Notes: a model not told the origin generated them from the sequence alone. A DNA stretch of 63,824 nucleotides, filler included, from Octopus bimaculoides (GCF_001194135.2; 6 parts of 6 records of this genome joined end to end with filler, not necessarily neighbours in it), one strand, 5' to 3'; numbered from the whole stretch's first letter, positions 25,587 through 38,589 are shown. Numbers and translations: made by a program.

Positions 25587-26223
25587 CAGATAGAAAAAGG
25601 TGAAGGGGAGAAAAAGAATTAGAGAAAGGATGAGAGGGAAAAACGAAAGGGAGAGAAAGGGAGAAAAATGAATTAGAGAAAGGAAGTTTTCTCTCTCTCT
25701 TTCTCCTTTCGTTTTTCTCTCTCTTCCTTTCACGAATTATTTTTCTCCCCTTCACCGTTTTCTCTCTCTCTCTCCTTCCCTCTTCCTTCTTTACTCTCTC
25801 GTTGCTCACACGTGACCATCGTCCATCTTTTTTTCCACACGTGTTCACCTTTCTTTTCCTCTGGTCTGTTGCACAGACCAGACTATTCTTGTCTCTCTCC
25901 TCTCTTATCTTTTCTCCTGTCAAAGAATGTTCCTCAGCCATCACTATTTGTTTCACTGTCTTGCTTTTGTCACCAATTTTGACCCTCTGCAAAATCCCAA
26001 ATTTTAATTTGGTTTGCGGGAACAACTATTTTCTCGAAAGCACATATTGTCGTGAATTGCTCGAAATGTGGAGTAGATAAACAGCCGACAACTGATGAAG
26101 GGTCGTACTTTATGTTACTTGTCTTGTTTTCCATTTTTTTCTCTCGCTGTTCGGAAAAAATTTTTGTCTTCGTATTTCAGATTTCATGTTTTCGTGTTTT
26201 GTTACGTCCTGTACCCATATATA
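25045..26223. repeat. ~1.2 kb fold-back (inverted repeat) of a PLE-terminal-like sequence
   Basis: 25045-25670 is the reverse complement of ~25690-26223 (e.g. CCCTTCATCAGTTG 25158 vs CAACTGATGAAGGG ~26089). Arms are diverged. Outer part is homologous to 48820-48975. Confidence 0.85.
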
Positions 26224-27004
26224 CTNNNNNNNNNNNNNNNNNNNNNNNNNNNNNNNNNNNNNNNNNNNNNNNNNNNNNNNNNNNNNNNNNNNNNNNNNNN
26301 NNNNNNNNNNNNNNNNNNNNNNNNNNNNNNNNNNNNNNNNNNNNNNNNNNNNNNNNNNNNNNNNNNNNNNNNNNNNNNNNNNNNNNNNNNNNNNNNNNNN
26401 NNNNNNNNNNNNNNNNNNNNNNNNNNNNNNNNNNNNNNNNNNNNNNNNNNNNNNNNNNNNNNNNNNNNNNNNNNNNNNNNNNNNNNNNNNNNNNNNNNNN
26501 NNNNNNNNNNNNNNNNNNNNNNNNNNNNNNNNNNNNNNNNNNNNNNNNNNNNNNNNNNNNNNNNNNNNNNNNNNNNNNNNNNNNNNNNNNNNNNNNNNNN
26601 NNNNNNNNNNNNNNNNNNNNNNNNNNNNNNNNNNNNNNNNNNNNNNNNNNNNNNNNNNNNNNNNNNNNNNNNNNNNNNNNNNNNNNNNNNNNNNNNNNNN
26701 NNNNNNNNNNNNNNNNNNNNNNNNNNNNNNNNNNNNNNNNNNNNNNNNNNNNNNNNNNNNNNNNNNNNNNNNNNNNNNNNNNNNNNNNNNNNNNNNNNNN
26801 NNNNNNNNNNNNNNNNNNNNNNNNNNNNNNNNNNNNNNNNNNNNNNNNNNNNNNNNNNNNNNNNNNNNNNNNNNNNNNNNNNNNNNNNNNNNNNNNNNNN
26901 NNNNNNNNNNNNNNNNNNNNNNNNNNNNNNNNNNNNNNNNNNNNNNNNNNNNNCTCATAAACATTACAACAACTAGCAGTACCGATATGCTGTTACGCTG
27001 TTAC

Positions 27005-27087
<83 letters not shown>

Positions 27088-27382
27088 AACAATGTGTTCT
27101 ATTATTTCGAAGAAGTAAACTGCATGCTCTTTCTACCCAAGCTCACTTCACACTGAACCCTTTTTCCCTTTTTGTTATTCGTACAAAACTACTCTGTCCA
27201 GCCATTCTGGAAATTTCACCATTAAATTTCTCATATTTTTCACAGAAATTGACATGCAGAAGTTCGAACCCCAGCTGAACCTGATTTACTTTTTATGCAT
27301 CTAGATTCAACAAAGTCATTATCAGTCAAATTATCAGTCATAGTATTAGACAATGAAACAATGGTTAGTATTTGACGGCTAG

Positions 27383-27580
27383 AAGGCGGCGATCTGGCTC
27401 GCCGGGTAAAATGCTTAGTGGCATTACGTCCGTCTTTACGTTCTGAGTTCAAATTCCGCCGAGGTCGGTTTTGTCTTTCATCCTTTAGGCAGCGATAAAA
27501 TAAGTACCAATTGAGCACCGAAGTCGATGTAATCGACTAACTCTCTTCCCCGAAATTACTGACTTTGTGCCAATATTTGA
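27383..27580 (+). mobile_element. SINE family B
   Basis: AAGGCGGCGATCTGGC...TTCTGAGTTCAAATTCCGCCGAGGTC...GATAAAATAAGTACC. Confidence 0.85.
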
Positions 27581-27729
27581 AAGGGATGAGCATTCTTTTA
27601 TTGAATTGGACTTCGTATATTTTGAAACTTATATGTTTGAGTCTGAATTTGCAAGTGAACAAAAGTCAGCACTAAATGCAGACGTACAGTTAGGCGCCCT
27701 ACACTTTCAGATCTGTGAACTTGTCTTCC

Positions 27730-27900
27730 GTTGTTCTTGTTGTCATTGTTTTGCCCCAGGTCAGCTTTGAGTAGACTTCTGATGCAAAGTATTCCAGCCA
27801 TAACCATCCTATGAGTTTTTTATGTGCGTGTAGAACATCATTGTCTAGTGTTACTTTCCTTTCTGAAGATGGCAGGAAGTGATTTGAGGGATATTTGGCT
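27730..27900 (-). mobile_element. Probable LINE/SINE 3' end with (CAA)n-like tail
   Basis: Minus strand GACAATGATG...GGATGGTTATGGCTGGAAT...GCTGACCTGGGGCAAAACAATGACAACAAGAACAAC, matching a retroposon 3' end I recall from octopus. Confidence 0.4.
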
Positions 27901-28629
27901 GATGATTGTGGAAATGCATGTTATAATGATTAGGTTATTGGACTCCAGCTCATAAAATCGTTGTCTCGATTTCTAGACCGAGTGAAACCTCTCCACAAAT
28001 CCAATTGCTTAGCTGAAATGAGTACCAACTGAGTGCTAGTCCAGGCTTCTCTCTTCCTCCAGTTGTCACATCTTCGATATTTCGCTAGCTCAGGGTGGAA
28101 GAGCCAAGGTAGTTTCTACGTCTGAGAGTGACTACATAGGCACTGAAGGGAATTAGCGAAAGCATGGTAGTAACTCCCAAATCATGCTCTCTTGAGAGTA
28201 ATGGCTGTAATTAGTTATTTGACTGATAATTAAAATAGGACTGGCTGAGTAACCAGCATCATGTCACATTCGATTTAATATTATGCTTTCTTTTCTTACA
28301 TTGGAACTAGATAACATTATTGTAAGGATGCAATGCATTTCATTCAGTAGACTCCAGAACATGAATGATACTGATTTCATCGATTCCAGAGACATGAAAC
28401 GAAAATTTGACCAAATGAAGAACTTAATTCATAAAATAAAAGAAAAGGAAAATAAAAATAAATAATGCTTTATTTTCACTTAGTTTGACGTTTTACTGCA
28501 TTTACTATTATACTCCTTCACTAAATATGAAGACGGTCATCGGCACGGAAATTGAACTTTCAATAATTAAGAGGCAAACGTGCTAACCGTTATACCTATG
28601 AAAAAAAAAAAATACTAATATTGATTTTT

Positions 28630-29690
28630 TTTTACATTGGCATAAGACCACAAATATTTGAGAACACAGTTGATTAAATCAGTTTAACTGGTACATGTTT
28701 TATAGACCACTGAAAGATGAAAGGTAAAGCCGATTCCTATGGGATTTGAACTGAAAGCATTTAGTCCAGCCCTCTGTCGGTTTCCGCCTCACCATAATTT
28801 TCATTATTTTTACCATTATTATGTAGGCATTGATTTCTAACAGTGCAACACACAGGAACTCTATTAGGCTGATCTGAGCACTCGACTGTACTTAGTCGAT
28901 CCCGACGACATATTTCAAGAATTCAGACGTAAAAGAGCATAAGCAAATACCACAAGGCTTTTTTCCTGCCACATTACCAATTCTGAAACTCATTGTCCTC
29001 TAATCATTTCATATTAATTCTTAACATGTACACATGACTTCTCCTTTTTTGAGAGCTGACTTAGTCGATTAAGATCGGCTCCTTTTTAGATTGGTACTTT
29101 ATGTTATGGATCCTAGAAAAATAAAAAGCAAAGCTGACTTTAGCAGGATTTGAACATAAAGAGATATAATTAAACACAACAAGGTCTTTTGCATGACATT
29201 GTCATTTCCGCCAATTTACTTCCCGTCGTAATACTTAGATTACTTAGAGTAACACGAAATCTATTGGACTTTTGCCCATTCAAATAGAAAATATTATTAT
29301 TTATTAATCATCTAAAACGTTAAAATGTCAGTTGTAAATTGCTAAGTTGGTAATAATTACACACTCGAAGATGATAGTGAACTGGTAGAATCAGTTTAGT
29401 TAAGTGTCCTTTACATTCCGAGTTCAAATTCCGTCCTGGTCAACTTTGCCTTTCATTCGTCAAGTACTGGTTGATTTAATCGGCTGTTTTCTCTTCCAAA
29501 TTATTTCTCAGTACCAATCTTAGAAATCAATAATTACACATAGAATAAAGTAGTGAGTTGGTAAAAACTGCAACGCAACGGATAGAATACATAAGTGAAT
29601 CTACTTTCCTTCATGTTTTGAGGTGAAATCCTACCAAAGTCAAGCATTTGACCCTAGAAAATAAAAGAAAAAGGATTTTCACCCTTTCTT
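28630..29690. mobile_element. Cluster of ~5 old, degraded family B SINE fragments in both orientations
   Basis: Decayed motifs GATGAAAGGTAAAG..GGATTTGAAC (28715 -), TTGGTACTTTATG..GGATTTGAAC (29090 -), CCGAGTTCAAATTCCG (29418 +), GAGGTGAAATCCTACC (29620 +). Confidence 0.55.
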
Positions 29691-31329
29691 TCATGATCGA
29701 TAATAGAAACTAGAAACATTCAAATTATACTGGTGCTAATCCAATAGACATTAGCTCCTCACTGAACGAACAAGAACTTGCAATGAAATGGAATAAAAAT
29801 AAAGTGTATGCTTAGGTGCCAAAAGTGGTAATTCAGAGCATTCGACAAATCATCGATTCCTTTTCAGCATCAAACTAAGTGCTCCTCTCTACGATGATTC
29901 TATAGATGGAAATTGTGAGTCTCTTGATGTAGCTACGTCAAACTTAATACTCTTACAGCTTTCAGAAAATTTGCTAAAGGCAAGACTTCTCTTTCTGCCC
30001 TCACTATCCACAATGCGATACTTTAAGAAGTTGATAAATGTTTAGTCGGTGAGGAAAAGCCCCATCCTCAGTCCTTGCCAACGTATTCAATGTCATAGCC
30101 ACCAGACATAGATAAATCTGCTTCTCAGTGGAAGACGAAGAGATGTTCTTTACGTTAGATTCAGACGACTTCAGGATAAGTCAAACTCGAGGTACTAGGA
30201 AACGGGTATAATTCTACAAATCAGTAATCCTTTGCAGCTTCTCTGTTAACCTTAGGCTGCTCTGACTGACGGCACTCACCTGTTTGTAGACATAAAATTC
30301 AAGGGTTAATGATAGAAATTTGTATCTGGGTAACAACATTCCAGGTGCGAAACACCGATCATCGGTTTACGTTTGATCTAGAACTAGAGGTCAGCTGTGG
30401 AAAGATGTGCCTAACAAAAGAAGACCGCAAGACCACCTACTTGATTTAGTTAATTCGTGATTCTGCAATAACACTGTTCTCCTCAAGTTTGGTCTGGATC
30501 ATCTTGATTTCGAGCATCTGTGATATTATGATGGTGAGATTGTATATGTATTGGGTAATTGCTCTCGAGATTCTAACTTCAGTGGAACGTCCTTCAAAAC
30601 ATCCAACTTCTGCATGAAAGGTTTTGAGATGAAACGTAGGGAGGCAATGAAAGATCACTTTTTATGGACCAAGGACATAACACCAAAATGTTCTTTTTAG
30701 GTGGACATTTACATCGAGTATCTGAGTAGGCGCCGAAAAATGAAAAGATTTGATTCGATCTCTTCATTGAAACACACGCACTTCGGACGGTTGCTTTTTT
30801 TTTATTTATGTACGACACAACTGAGGGCTTTAGATCACTATAAATTCATCAGTAACCAACCAAAGTCATATTTACTCCAACCCTGCTTACAATATATTGC
30901 ATGAGGTGAGAACCATCTCTTATCTATTCTGCAATACACTTTAGAAGTTTGTCTTAAAGTTTCCTATCAGTCTACCCCAATACCAAACAATTCAGTTAGC
31001 TGCTGCTGAAATGTCACATACATTGGCTTGGAATCGTATAGCGCACGTCAATTGCAGCCCATCAAACAATATCTTTGCTTTGTTGTTATGTTGTGCGTCT
31101 GTAAACCATCATAGTTTAATTTTTCGTGTTTAGCTTTGAACAAATAATCAAGGACCATTATTAAAGCTAGCAAGTTGGCTGTGATGTCTTTTATAACAGT
31201 CTTTTAGTCATTCAATAAACTCTACAAACTACCTCTCCAATATTTACATCTGCCATTTATTAAAATTTTCTATTTCGAATACCACCGTTTGTAATTAATA
31301 ATCACTTCCTTAAATTTTCACTTTACTGG

Positions 31330-31800
31330 TTTGCTAACCGAAGAATCATAGACGGTTTATGATGGACAGGATTCTTTCAGATTCTAGCAAATGGATTACT
31401 GTCTAGATATTTTAGCTGTCTGTGTTGATCTCAACTTGTAGTCTGTGTAGTCAACTATAATAAAATGCTGACATTTTACACTCTCCTTATCCACAAACCT
31501 TATCTCCATATAACTTGGATGACACAATGCATTCTAGAATTCTTTCAATGCTTGTCAGATAGTTGGAAATATCTGAGCAAATTTGAAAGGCTGCTTTTAA
31601 TCGACCTTCTCCTACTTTCACAATTCCAGTATTTCAGTGAACTTGATGTTCTTCAGAAGCTTTCAAGATATAGAAATAGGCTGGACGTACAGTCTATATC
31701 AAAGTATAAATAGCCACTAGCTGCAGAGCATCACTGTTATTGCTACTCACATCTAGGACCACTGATCAATCACATGGGCTACAATGATACTTATCATTTT
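31330..31800 (-). pseudogene. Degraded Tx1/L1-clade APE endonuclease fragment
   Basis: Minus-strand KSSLSNLLRYFQLSDK and IRFVDKESVKCQHFIIVDYTDYKL align with KSLKDLLRRFQLSDR and RTVDKDRVGCPQFHIVSYTDHKF of the element at 62250-62595. Confidence 0.65.
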
Positions 31801-32233
31801 GAGAGTGATGAGTTTGAAAATTTTATTGCCAATCACTCACTTCAGTTTGACAATACAAAGTGTGAATACTGTAATCGGTGAAGGCGATTACGCGCAGTCT
31901 AGAAACCTTCATCTTGCTTATTACTAACACCCGGGTCACGTGTATTCATACATTTCACTCCAGATATCGCTCTAGGTTAAAAACGAGAGATGACATCGAA
32001 TCTTACAGTTTTTGTTGAAGCGTATTGTTAATTTTTTTAACGGATTCCAAAAGAGCCCATCCAGTGTTTTAGTAGTCAGGGAGTTTTTATATGGTCCCAT
32101 TCCATTCCGAATCTTCTAATGTTTTATATAAACCCTAGTGTTGTTTTCAACAAGAAATTATATTTAGCAATTTGTTTTAGGTACGATTTCATGCTCTCCT
32201 AGTCTGTGTATTGTTTCTTTTGTCAGTAACGAT

Positions 32234-32234
32234 A

Positions 32235-32306
<72 letters not shown>
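32234..32306. repeat. (GAT)n microsatellite
   Basis: Directly visible. Confidence 0.95.
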
Positions 32307-32905
32307 GTAATAAAAATTTTTATATTTAAAAATCATCATAGTGAGCTCAGTCATCATCGTGTGGACCATTATTACTACGAGAAACCACCATTACTATCCT
32401 CATAACTAGTGACATTCCAACAACGAAAACCGAACACTACAAAAATCACATCATCATCATTATCAATCACAACAGCAGCAATAGCAGCAACCCATCTGTT
32501 ATTTGGTTCAGTCTTCTTCTGGTATCGGATGTTTGCCAGACATGACAGGAAGAGAACGAAATCTCTGGTAATACTAGTCTTTCCTTCATTGTAAAATATG
32601 TAGCACGAAGAGACGTACAACATCAACTAGCTGATGTAGACAGCAGAAGTAGAACCACTGTGTAATGGTCGAGTGCAAGGAGACTGAGTTTCATAACGTT
32701 CGGTGGACAATATTCCATTGATGAAAGAAGAGATGTAAGCAACAATAGCCATAACACTCCATACATCATACACCACTTTCATCAACTGCAACAACAACGA
32801 CACCTACATATATTTAGTTTCAATAACAAAAACAACATAATCACATCGTATTTATTAGTCGAATTCTCCGCTTCCTCCTCCTCATCGGCGTTGTCAATGT
32901 AGTTG

Positions 32906-32952
<47 letters not shown>

Positions 32953-32965
32953 GTCATCATCATCA
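32906..32965. repeat. (CAT)n microsatellite
   Basis: Directly visible. Confidence 0.95.
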
Positions 32966-33778
32966 TCTCCTCCGTTACTACCATCCACATCGCGATCATC
33001 ATTGCTAATATTACCATGAAACCCATATTGACAACAACAACAACAGCAACATCACACATAAACGAATGAAATAGTCACTATGATTGCCAACCTACATTAT
33101 TACGCAAACAGACAAAATTATATTTTGCAGAAATCAACACCACAATTATCAATATTGATCCGGTAGTACATACATCCAAGAAAATAATTATATCCCAGAA
33201 GGCAATATCAAAAACAAAACTGATATAACAACCCTGATAAAACTGTGGACAATTTAAAAAAAAGAAGAACAAAATGCTATCCCCCAATATAAATAAAATC
33301 CAGTGTGATGTAACTAAACAGAAAATATAAAGAAAACAAAAACAGACACAAGAAAAAAGAAAACAAACGAACATATAAAAGAAAACACACCAATATAATC
33401 ACAAATGAACATAAAAAGCATCAAAGAAAGTAATTAGCAGTAGCAACAATGGTATTGACAGCCACAACACACAACAATTTCAAGTAGCATGTCAATACTT
33501 CAAAAGCAAGCAAATTTCCATATACAGATTCCCAGAGTGAGTTTTGGCTAAGGATTTCCTACACTTATGTCCAAGGAAAAGTGGATTCTTGCAACATGGA
33601 GAAAGGTTTTTGCCTAACGAGTGCTTACATTTTTGAATACAGTGAATTAAATCATGTGATCTTTCTTTTGTGTTTCTGCCTAATAGATTGCATGAGCCTA
33701 TGATAAATAATGTTTTACAGATCTATATTTAATGTTTTATTTGAAACTGATTGATGTCAGTCCATATGTATATATATG

Positions 33779-33849
<71 letters not shown>

Positions 33850-34305
33850 TCCCCACCCACGATATTAGATGATTTTTGCACAACGAGATATAATTTTTCG
33901 GGTGGTATATGCACATAAAAAATATACTCACGCGATATCAATCAAAATATCCCGATGCAGATGATATCTTATGCAATGAAAACTGTGTACAACATTAACA
34001 AAAAATAGCGATATAGCGTTTCCTTAGCATCCAACTATAAGAAAAAGACTTACACATGGAGGAAAAATGGGATATGAATAATGAGATTTTCTAAAAATTG
34101 TGGGAAGATTCGGAGTTACATTCATGTTTTAGAAACGGAAGGCAAGAAATGAAAAGCAAGGCCATTTCACGGACCCACCATAAAATAACACTAAATTATA
34201 AGTGTTTGAACTAAAAAGCTCTGCTTATCAGTTAAGTATATTCGTAAAATTTTCGGCTCGGATATAACAGGAATTGATATGTTTTAATATCGGCACCAAA
34301 ATATT

Positions 34306-34954
34306 CTTATTTACTCAAGGCACAAGGCACGAAATTTTTTTTGGGAGAGAGGGCAGTCGATTAGATCAACCCAGTACACAACTGGTACTTAATTTATCGA
34401 CCCCGAAAGGATGAAAGGCAAAGTCGACCTCAGCGGAATTTGAACTCAGAACGTAAAGACAGACAAAATACCGCTAAGCATTTCGTCCGGCGTGCTAACG
34501 TTTCTTATTTCTTTATTGCCCACAAGGGGCTAAACATAGAAGGGACAAACAAGGACAGACAAAGGGANNNNNNNNNNCAACTGGTACTTAATTTATCGAC
34601 CCCGAAAGGATGAAAGGCAAAGTCTACCTCGACGGAATTTGAACTCAGAACGTAACGGCAGACGAAATACCACTAAGCATTTCGCCCGGCGTGCTAACGT
34701 TTCTGCCAGCTCGCCGCCTTATAGGCACCAAAATATTCTTTTTTACTCTAGGCACAAGGCTCGAAATTTTGTGGGAGGGGGTCAGTCAATTAGATCGATC
34801 CCAATACGCAACTGGTACTTAATTTATCGACCCCGAAAGGATGAAAGCCAAAGTCGACCTTGGCGGAATTTGAACTCAGAACCTAACGGCAGACGAAATG
34901 TCGATAAGCTTTTTGCCCGGTGTGCTAACGTTTCTGCCAGCTCGCCGCCTTATA
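34306..34954 (-). mobile_element. Three stacked family B SINE units (second has a variant tail)
   Basis: Three copies of CAACTGGTACTTAATTTATCGACCCCGAAAGGATGAAAG. Flank GGCACCAAAATATT repeated at 34292, 34724 and 34955. Confidence 0.9.
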
Positions 34955-35679
34955 GGCACCAAAATATTGTTAAAACCTTGCTTTGTAGGTAGTGTTGATT
35001 TTGAGCATTGGTCATTTAACTCCCTTCGATTTTGACTCATGAATATACAATTGACAAATCAAACTGTATAATTATTATCACCTGTAGTAAAATGCACAGC
35101 TGGTTGATAATTTGTCCTAGTCTTGTATACAAATTAAAAATGCATTCACTAAACACAAATCAACGTATTTGGATACAGATATCAAGTACAAAAATGATCA
35201 GCTTTACAGAAATACTCTTACTTTACATCCCTAACGTAATATTCAAATAAGGATATGTATGTACACGCGCGCGCGCGCACACACACGCACGCACACACAC
35301 ACACACATTTACATATATACAGAGAAAGAGAGGGAGGGAAAGATAAGGAGAGAGAGGCAAGAAGATGAAGGGAGAGAGAGAAGGAGAGAGATATGTATGT
35401 ATACCAATTTAAAATTAAAATGCTTCCTGGTTGACTAATTATTATACTTAATTAAATATAAATATTAGTCAACATGGGAACCGCAACTGTCATATCTTGC
35501 TTTGGGCCCTCAATTCTTGATAGAGTCGTGGAGGCGTTGCTATCGCAAGAACGTGTTTTGACCATTTGTAGGCCTGGTCGAGTACATCCCTTTCCAGCGC
35601 TGATGACATCCGATTCCTTCTAGAAAGACCAAGTAACACACAGATAAAAAGAAAGGGGCAGAAGAAAAGAAAGAGAATA

Positions 35680-35830
35680 ACTGGTATAAGTACAGGATTG
35701 GTACTTTATTTATCGACCTGGGAAGGATGACAGATGAAGTAAACCTCGGCATTATTTGAAGAGTGGTTCGGGACAATTACCGCAAAACAATCTCTCCTAC
35801 GCTCTAACAACTCGATTACTTCGTTGCCTT
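35680..35830 (-). mobile_element. Degraded SINE family B
   Basis: TGGTACTTTATTTATCGACCTGGGAAGGATGAC...CCTCGGCATTATTTGAA. Confidence 0.6.
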
Positions 35831-36469
35831 CAGGGCCTCCATGACTGCGGATGACCTGCCAGAAATAACAGCCAATTGTGTCAAAACACAACAGACAAAT
35901 ATCACTGAAATCGATATGTTCCCTGCAACTTAAAGAATGGCTAGAGACGTTGGATAATAAGTATTTAAATTCATTAATTCTACTAAAAACTTATGGATGG
36001 TTAAGGGTAGAATTTCCTTAATTATAGATGCTCAAAATCAGGGATGACATTAAAATAATCAATAACAATAACAAAGTATGTAGATGAGTTCAATGTTTTT
36101 AACCGAACCAGCGTTTTTAGGATTGTCGCTAAACTAGGATCTTGGTCGGTTCTTATTTATAAGACTACAAATTGTGAGAAAAATAAGCATGCAAAAACTA
36201 ATAGCGACATGATTAAATCATTAACATTTTTTACTAATAAGGAAGATAAAAACAATAATAGTGACGTTAAATTAAATAAGCAAATAAAACATGTCAGGCA
36301 CAATCGTACATATATACATGTATATGTGTGTATGTGTTTATGTGTGTGTATGTGTGTGTATGTGTGTATGCGTGTGTTTATATGTTTCTGCATATATGTG
36401 TGTGAATACGTGCGGACTTGTGTATATATATGTATCAAAAAGGATCAAAGATCCTTCCCACGCTATAGA

Positions 36470-36665
36470 GTTATAAGGCCGGTTCCCCAGATTCTCACTG
36501 GACGGGACGCCGGTTCATCGCAGGATTACTCACTTTTGCCAGCTGAGTGGACCGTAGCAACGTGAAATGAAATGCTTAGCTCAAGAACACAACGCACTGC
36601 CCGGTCTAGGAATCGAAATCACAATCTTACGATCATGAGTGCAGCACCCTAACCACTAAGCCATG
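36470..36665 (-). mobile_element. tRNA-derived CORE-like SINE, family C
   Basis: Minus strand GCATGGCTTAGTGGTTAGGGTGCTGCACTCATGATC...TTTCGATTCC (A/B boxes) followed by TGTGTTCTTGAGCTAAGCATTTCATTTCAC (CORE-like). Confidence 0.7.
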
Positions 36666-36989
36666 CACCTCAACATTTGTGTACACACAGACACATACAC
36701 GAACACACTCCTGCATGTACGTATGCATGTATGTATGTATGTATGTATGTATGCATGTATGTATGTATGTATGTATGTATGTATGTAGGCAGTAAGACGA
36801 TTTGATCAACTAAAACCTTTCAAAGCGGTGCTCCAGCATAGCCGCAGTTCTATGACCAAAACAAGTCAAAGAGTAAAAGAATAAAAACTATACAGACATA
36901 TATTTATATCCATTTAATCACACCAGTAAAAAATACAGATAAATCTGAAATTGTTCTGTAAATAATATTGGAACAAGATGACCACCAAC

Positions 36990-37620
36990 AAATACAACTG
37001 ATTTCGACGGACCTCCTGTTTAGCTACTTCGCCAATCCGGTCTCTGTAAGCCTATCGCGCTGGAATCGATGCGTTCAGCTTCTAGTCAACGGGTCCCTGC
37101 CTACGAAGCCTATCTTGTTTGACGGTACGGATAATAAATTTGTGATTTGTATAGCTGACGATGTGAAATTGTGGACAATTCATATTATCTCAATCTACTG
37201 GTCTGTAGAATACTCTATCTGGATACGATCTGGACGACTTGATGTGGTTTGTTCCTGTCCAGAGTGGGAAATTCGAGGAATACGGTTGGTACTTGTCAGA
37301 TACTTGGAAACATTAGAGCAGGTTTTTTGAGGCTTTTGAGATCCATTCTTCCATCAGCTAATCCAACACAGGCCAACCATGCATTTGAGATACTATTTCA
37401 GTCTCCCACTAGCATTATAAAGCAGGACGTTTCCAGAAAAGCCTTCAGACACCTAAAGAAATCGGGTCGTCCAGCCACTGTTGGGCCGTAGACGGCTTGT
37501 TAGCGAAAGTATAGCCTTAGCTGCTAGCCACGTCCTGTACCACCATCTTATTTTCTGGATCCAAAATGGTAAAGATATATTTTGGCCGAATCTTCGTTCT
37601 TGGAAATGCAGTAGGCCGAC
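36990..37620 (-). pseudogene. Degraded Tx1/L1-clade APE endonuclease fragment
   Basis: Nucleotide homology to 62300-62590 (AAATTTGTG..TAGCTGAC.ATGTG.AATTGTGGACAA; GATACGATCTGGACGAC; TTTGAGGCTTTTG). Minus frame MLVGD*N. Confidence 0.75.
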
Positions 37621-37989
37621 TGTACCATAACCTTTTCCACATTCAATTGAAAGAATTTCTACCTAAAGTTTATGCGGTGCTTTTTCTGATTTCTGTTTCA
37701 CCGTTAATTGCAAACCATCGTTGATCTTCTTTCAGAAAGATATGTTATTCATTTCGCCCTCTCTTAGATAAGTTAATGCAAGAAAACGCTGTCTAGCTTA
37801 ACAAAAGTTTTCCAATTTATTTTTTTATCTGGAAATTTTATTAAGTCTAAAAACTGCGTGTGTAACAATAAAGGCTAAGCTAGCTTCTTCACCACTGCTA
37901 CCACTAAATTTACTAGTATGTGCATTAACTAATAACGTCTGCGTAGGAGTGTTGTTGACATTCGTTAAAACTATTCGTTAATCTATTTT

Positions 37990-38200
37990 TTCCTACTGTT
38001 TATGATTTTATTTTCGTTGTAAATGTTCATTCTGTGGCCGAATTTTTGTTTGGATTGTCTATTTTGTTTTTGCATACTCTTACATGAGCTTTGGTTGGTT
38101 AGTGGGCATATGTTCGTAGATAATTTGGATGTGAAATGTCAAATTTTGTTAGCAAATTAAATTTAGCCTGTAAAATCCAACTCTATTGTCTAACCCGGGA
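37990..38200 (-). pseudogene. Possible Penelope-like GIY-YIG remnant
   Basis: Minus frame CKSMQKQNRQSKQKFGHRMN resembles CxxCxKQYIGQxxxxxxxRMN. Heavily decayed. Confidence 0.3.
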
Positions 38201-38589
38201 TATCGGGTACAAACACTCCACAGGTACCTAAAATTATTTACAAATGCACCAAAGAAAGAATTTTCATTTCGTAATGCTTGGAATATAGTTGAAATTAAAA
38301 GCGAAAAATAAAGATTATCCAGAAGGGTTCAAAATAATACAATAAAATTTAAAGAATTTTGAAAAAGTGGTACTTACAAAAACTTACAGTGGGACAGACG
38401 TATTAAACAATGTCGAAGGGAGTTGTGAAAGACATACAAAATATCAATGAAAGAATAAATAAATTTATTGACACCAATATTTGCACAAAATTAAAAGTAT
38501 AATAAACGCAATAATTAAAACAAGACATCTATATAAATTTTAAATGTTAACTTGTGTTGATCAGCACACAGCATGTTCCTGGTTACATG

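Noticed and set aside
26092-26102. CTGATGAAGGG hammerhead-like half cores (also 25158 on -, 48848, 49602)
   Set aside because: No downstream stem II-GAAA-NUH or stem I pairing could be built, so they were not called ribozymes.
30250-31050. Possible CR1/L2 APE remnant (QLWKDVP..HLLDLV..GLDH)
   Set aside because: Motif similarity is too weak to call by eye; it needs an HMM search.
34306-34954. Repeat-spacer (CRISPR-like) array
   Set aside because: The units are whole ~220 bp SINEs in a eukaryotic context, with no cas genes.
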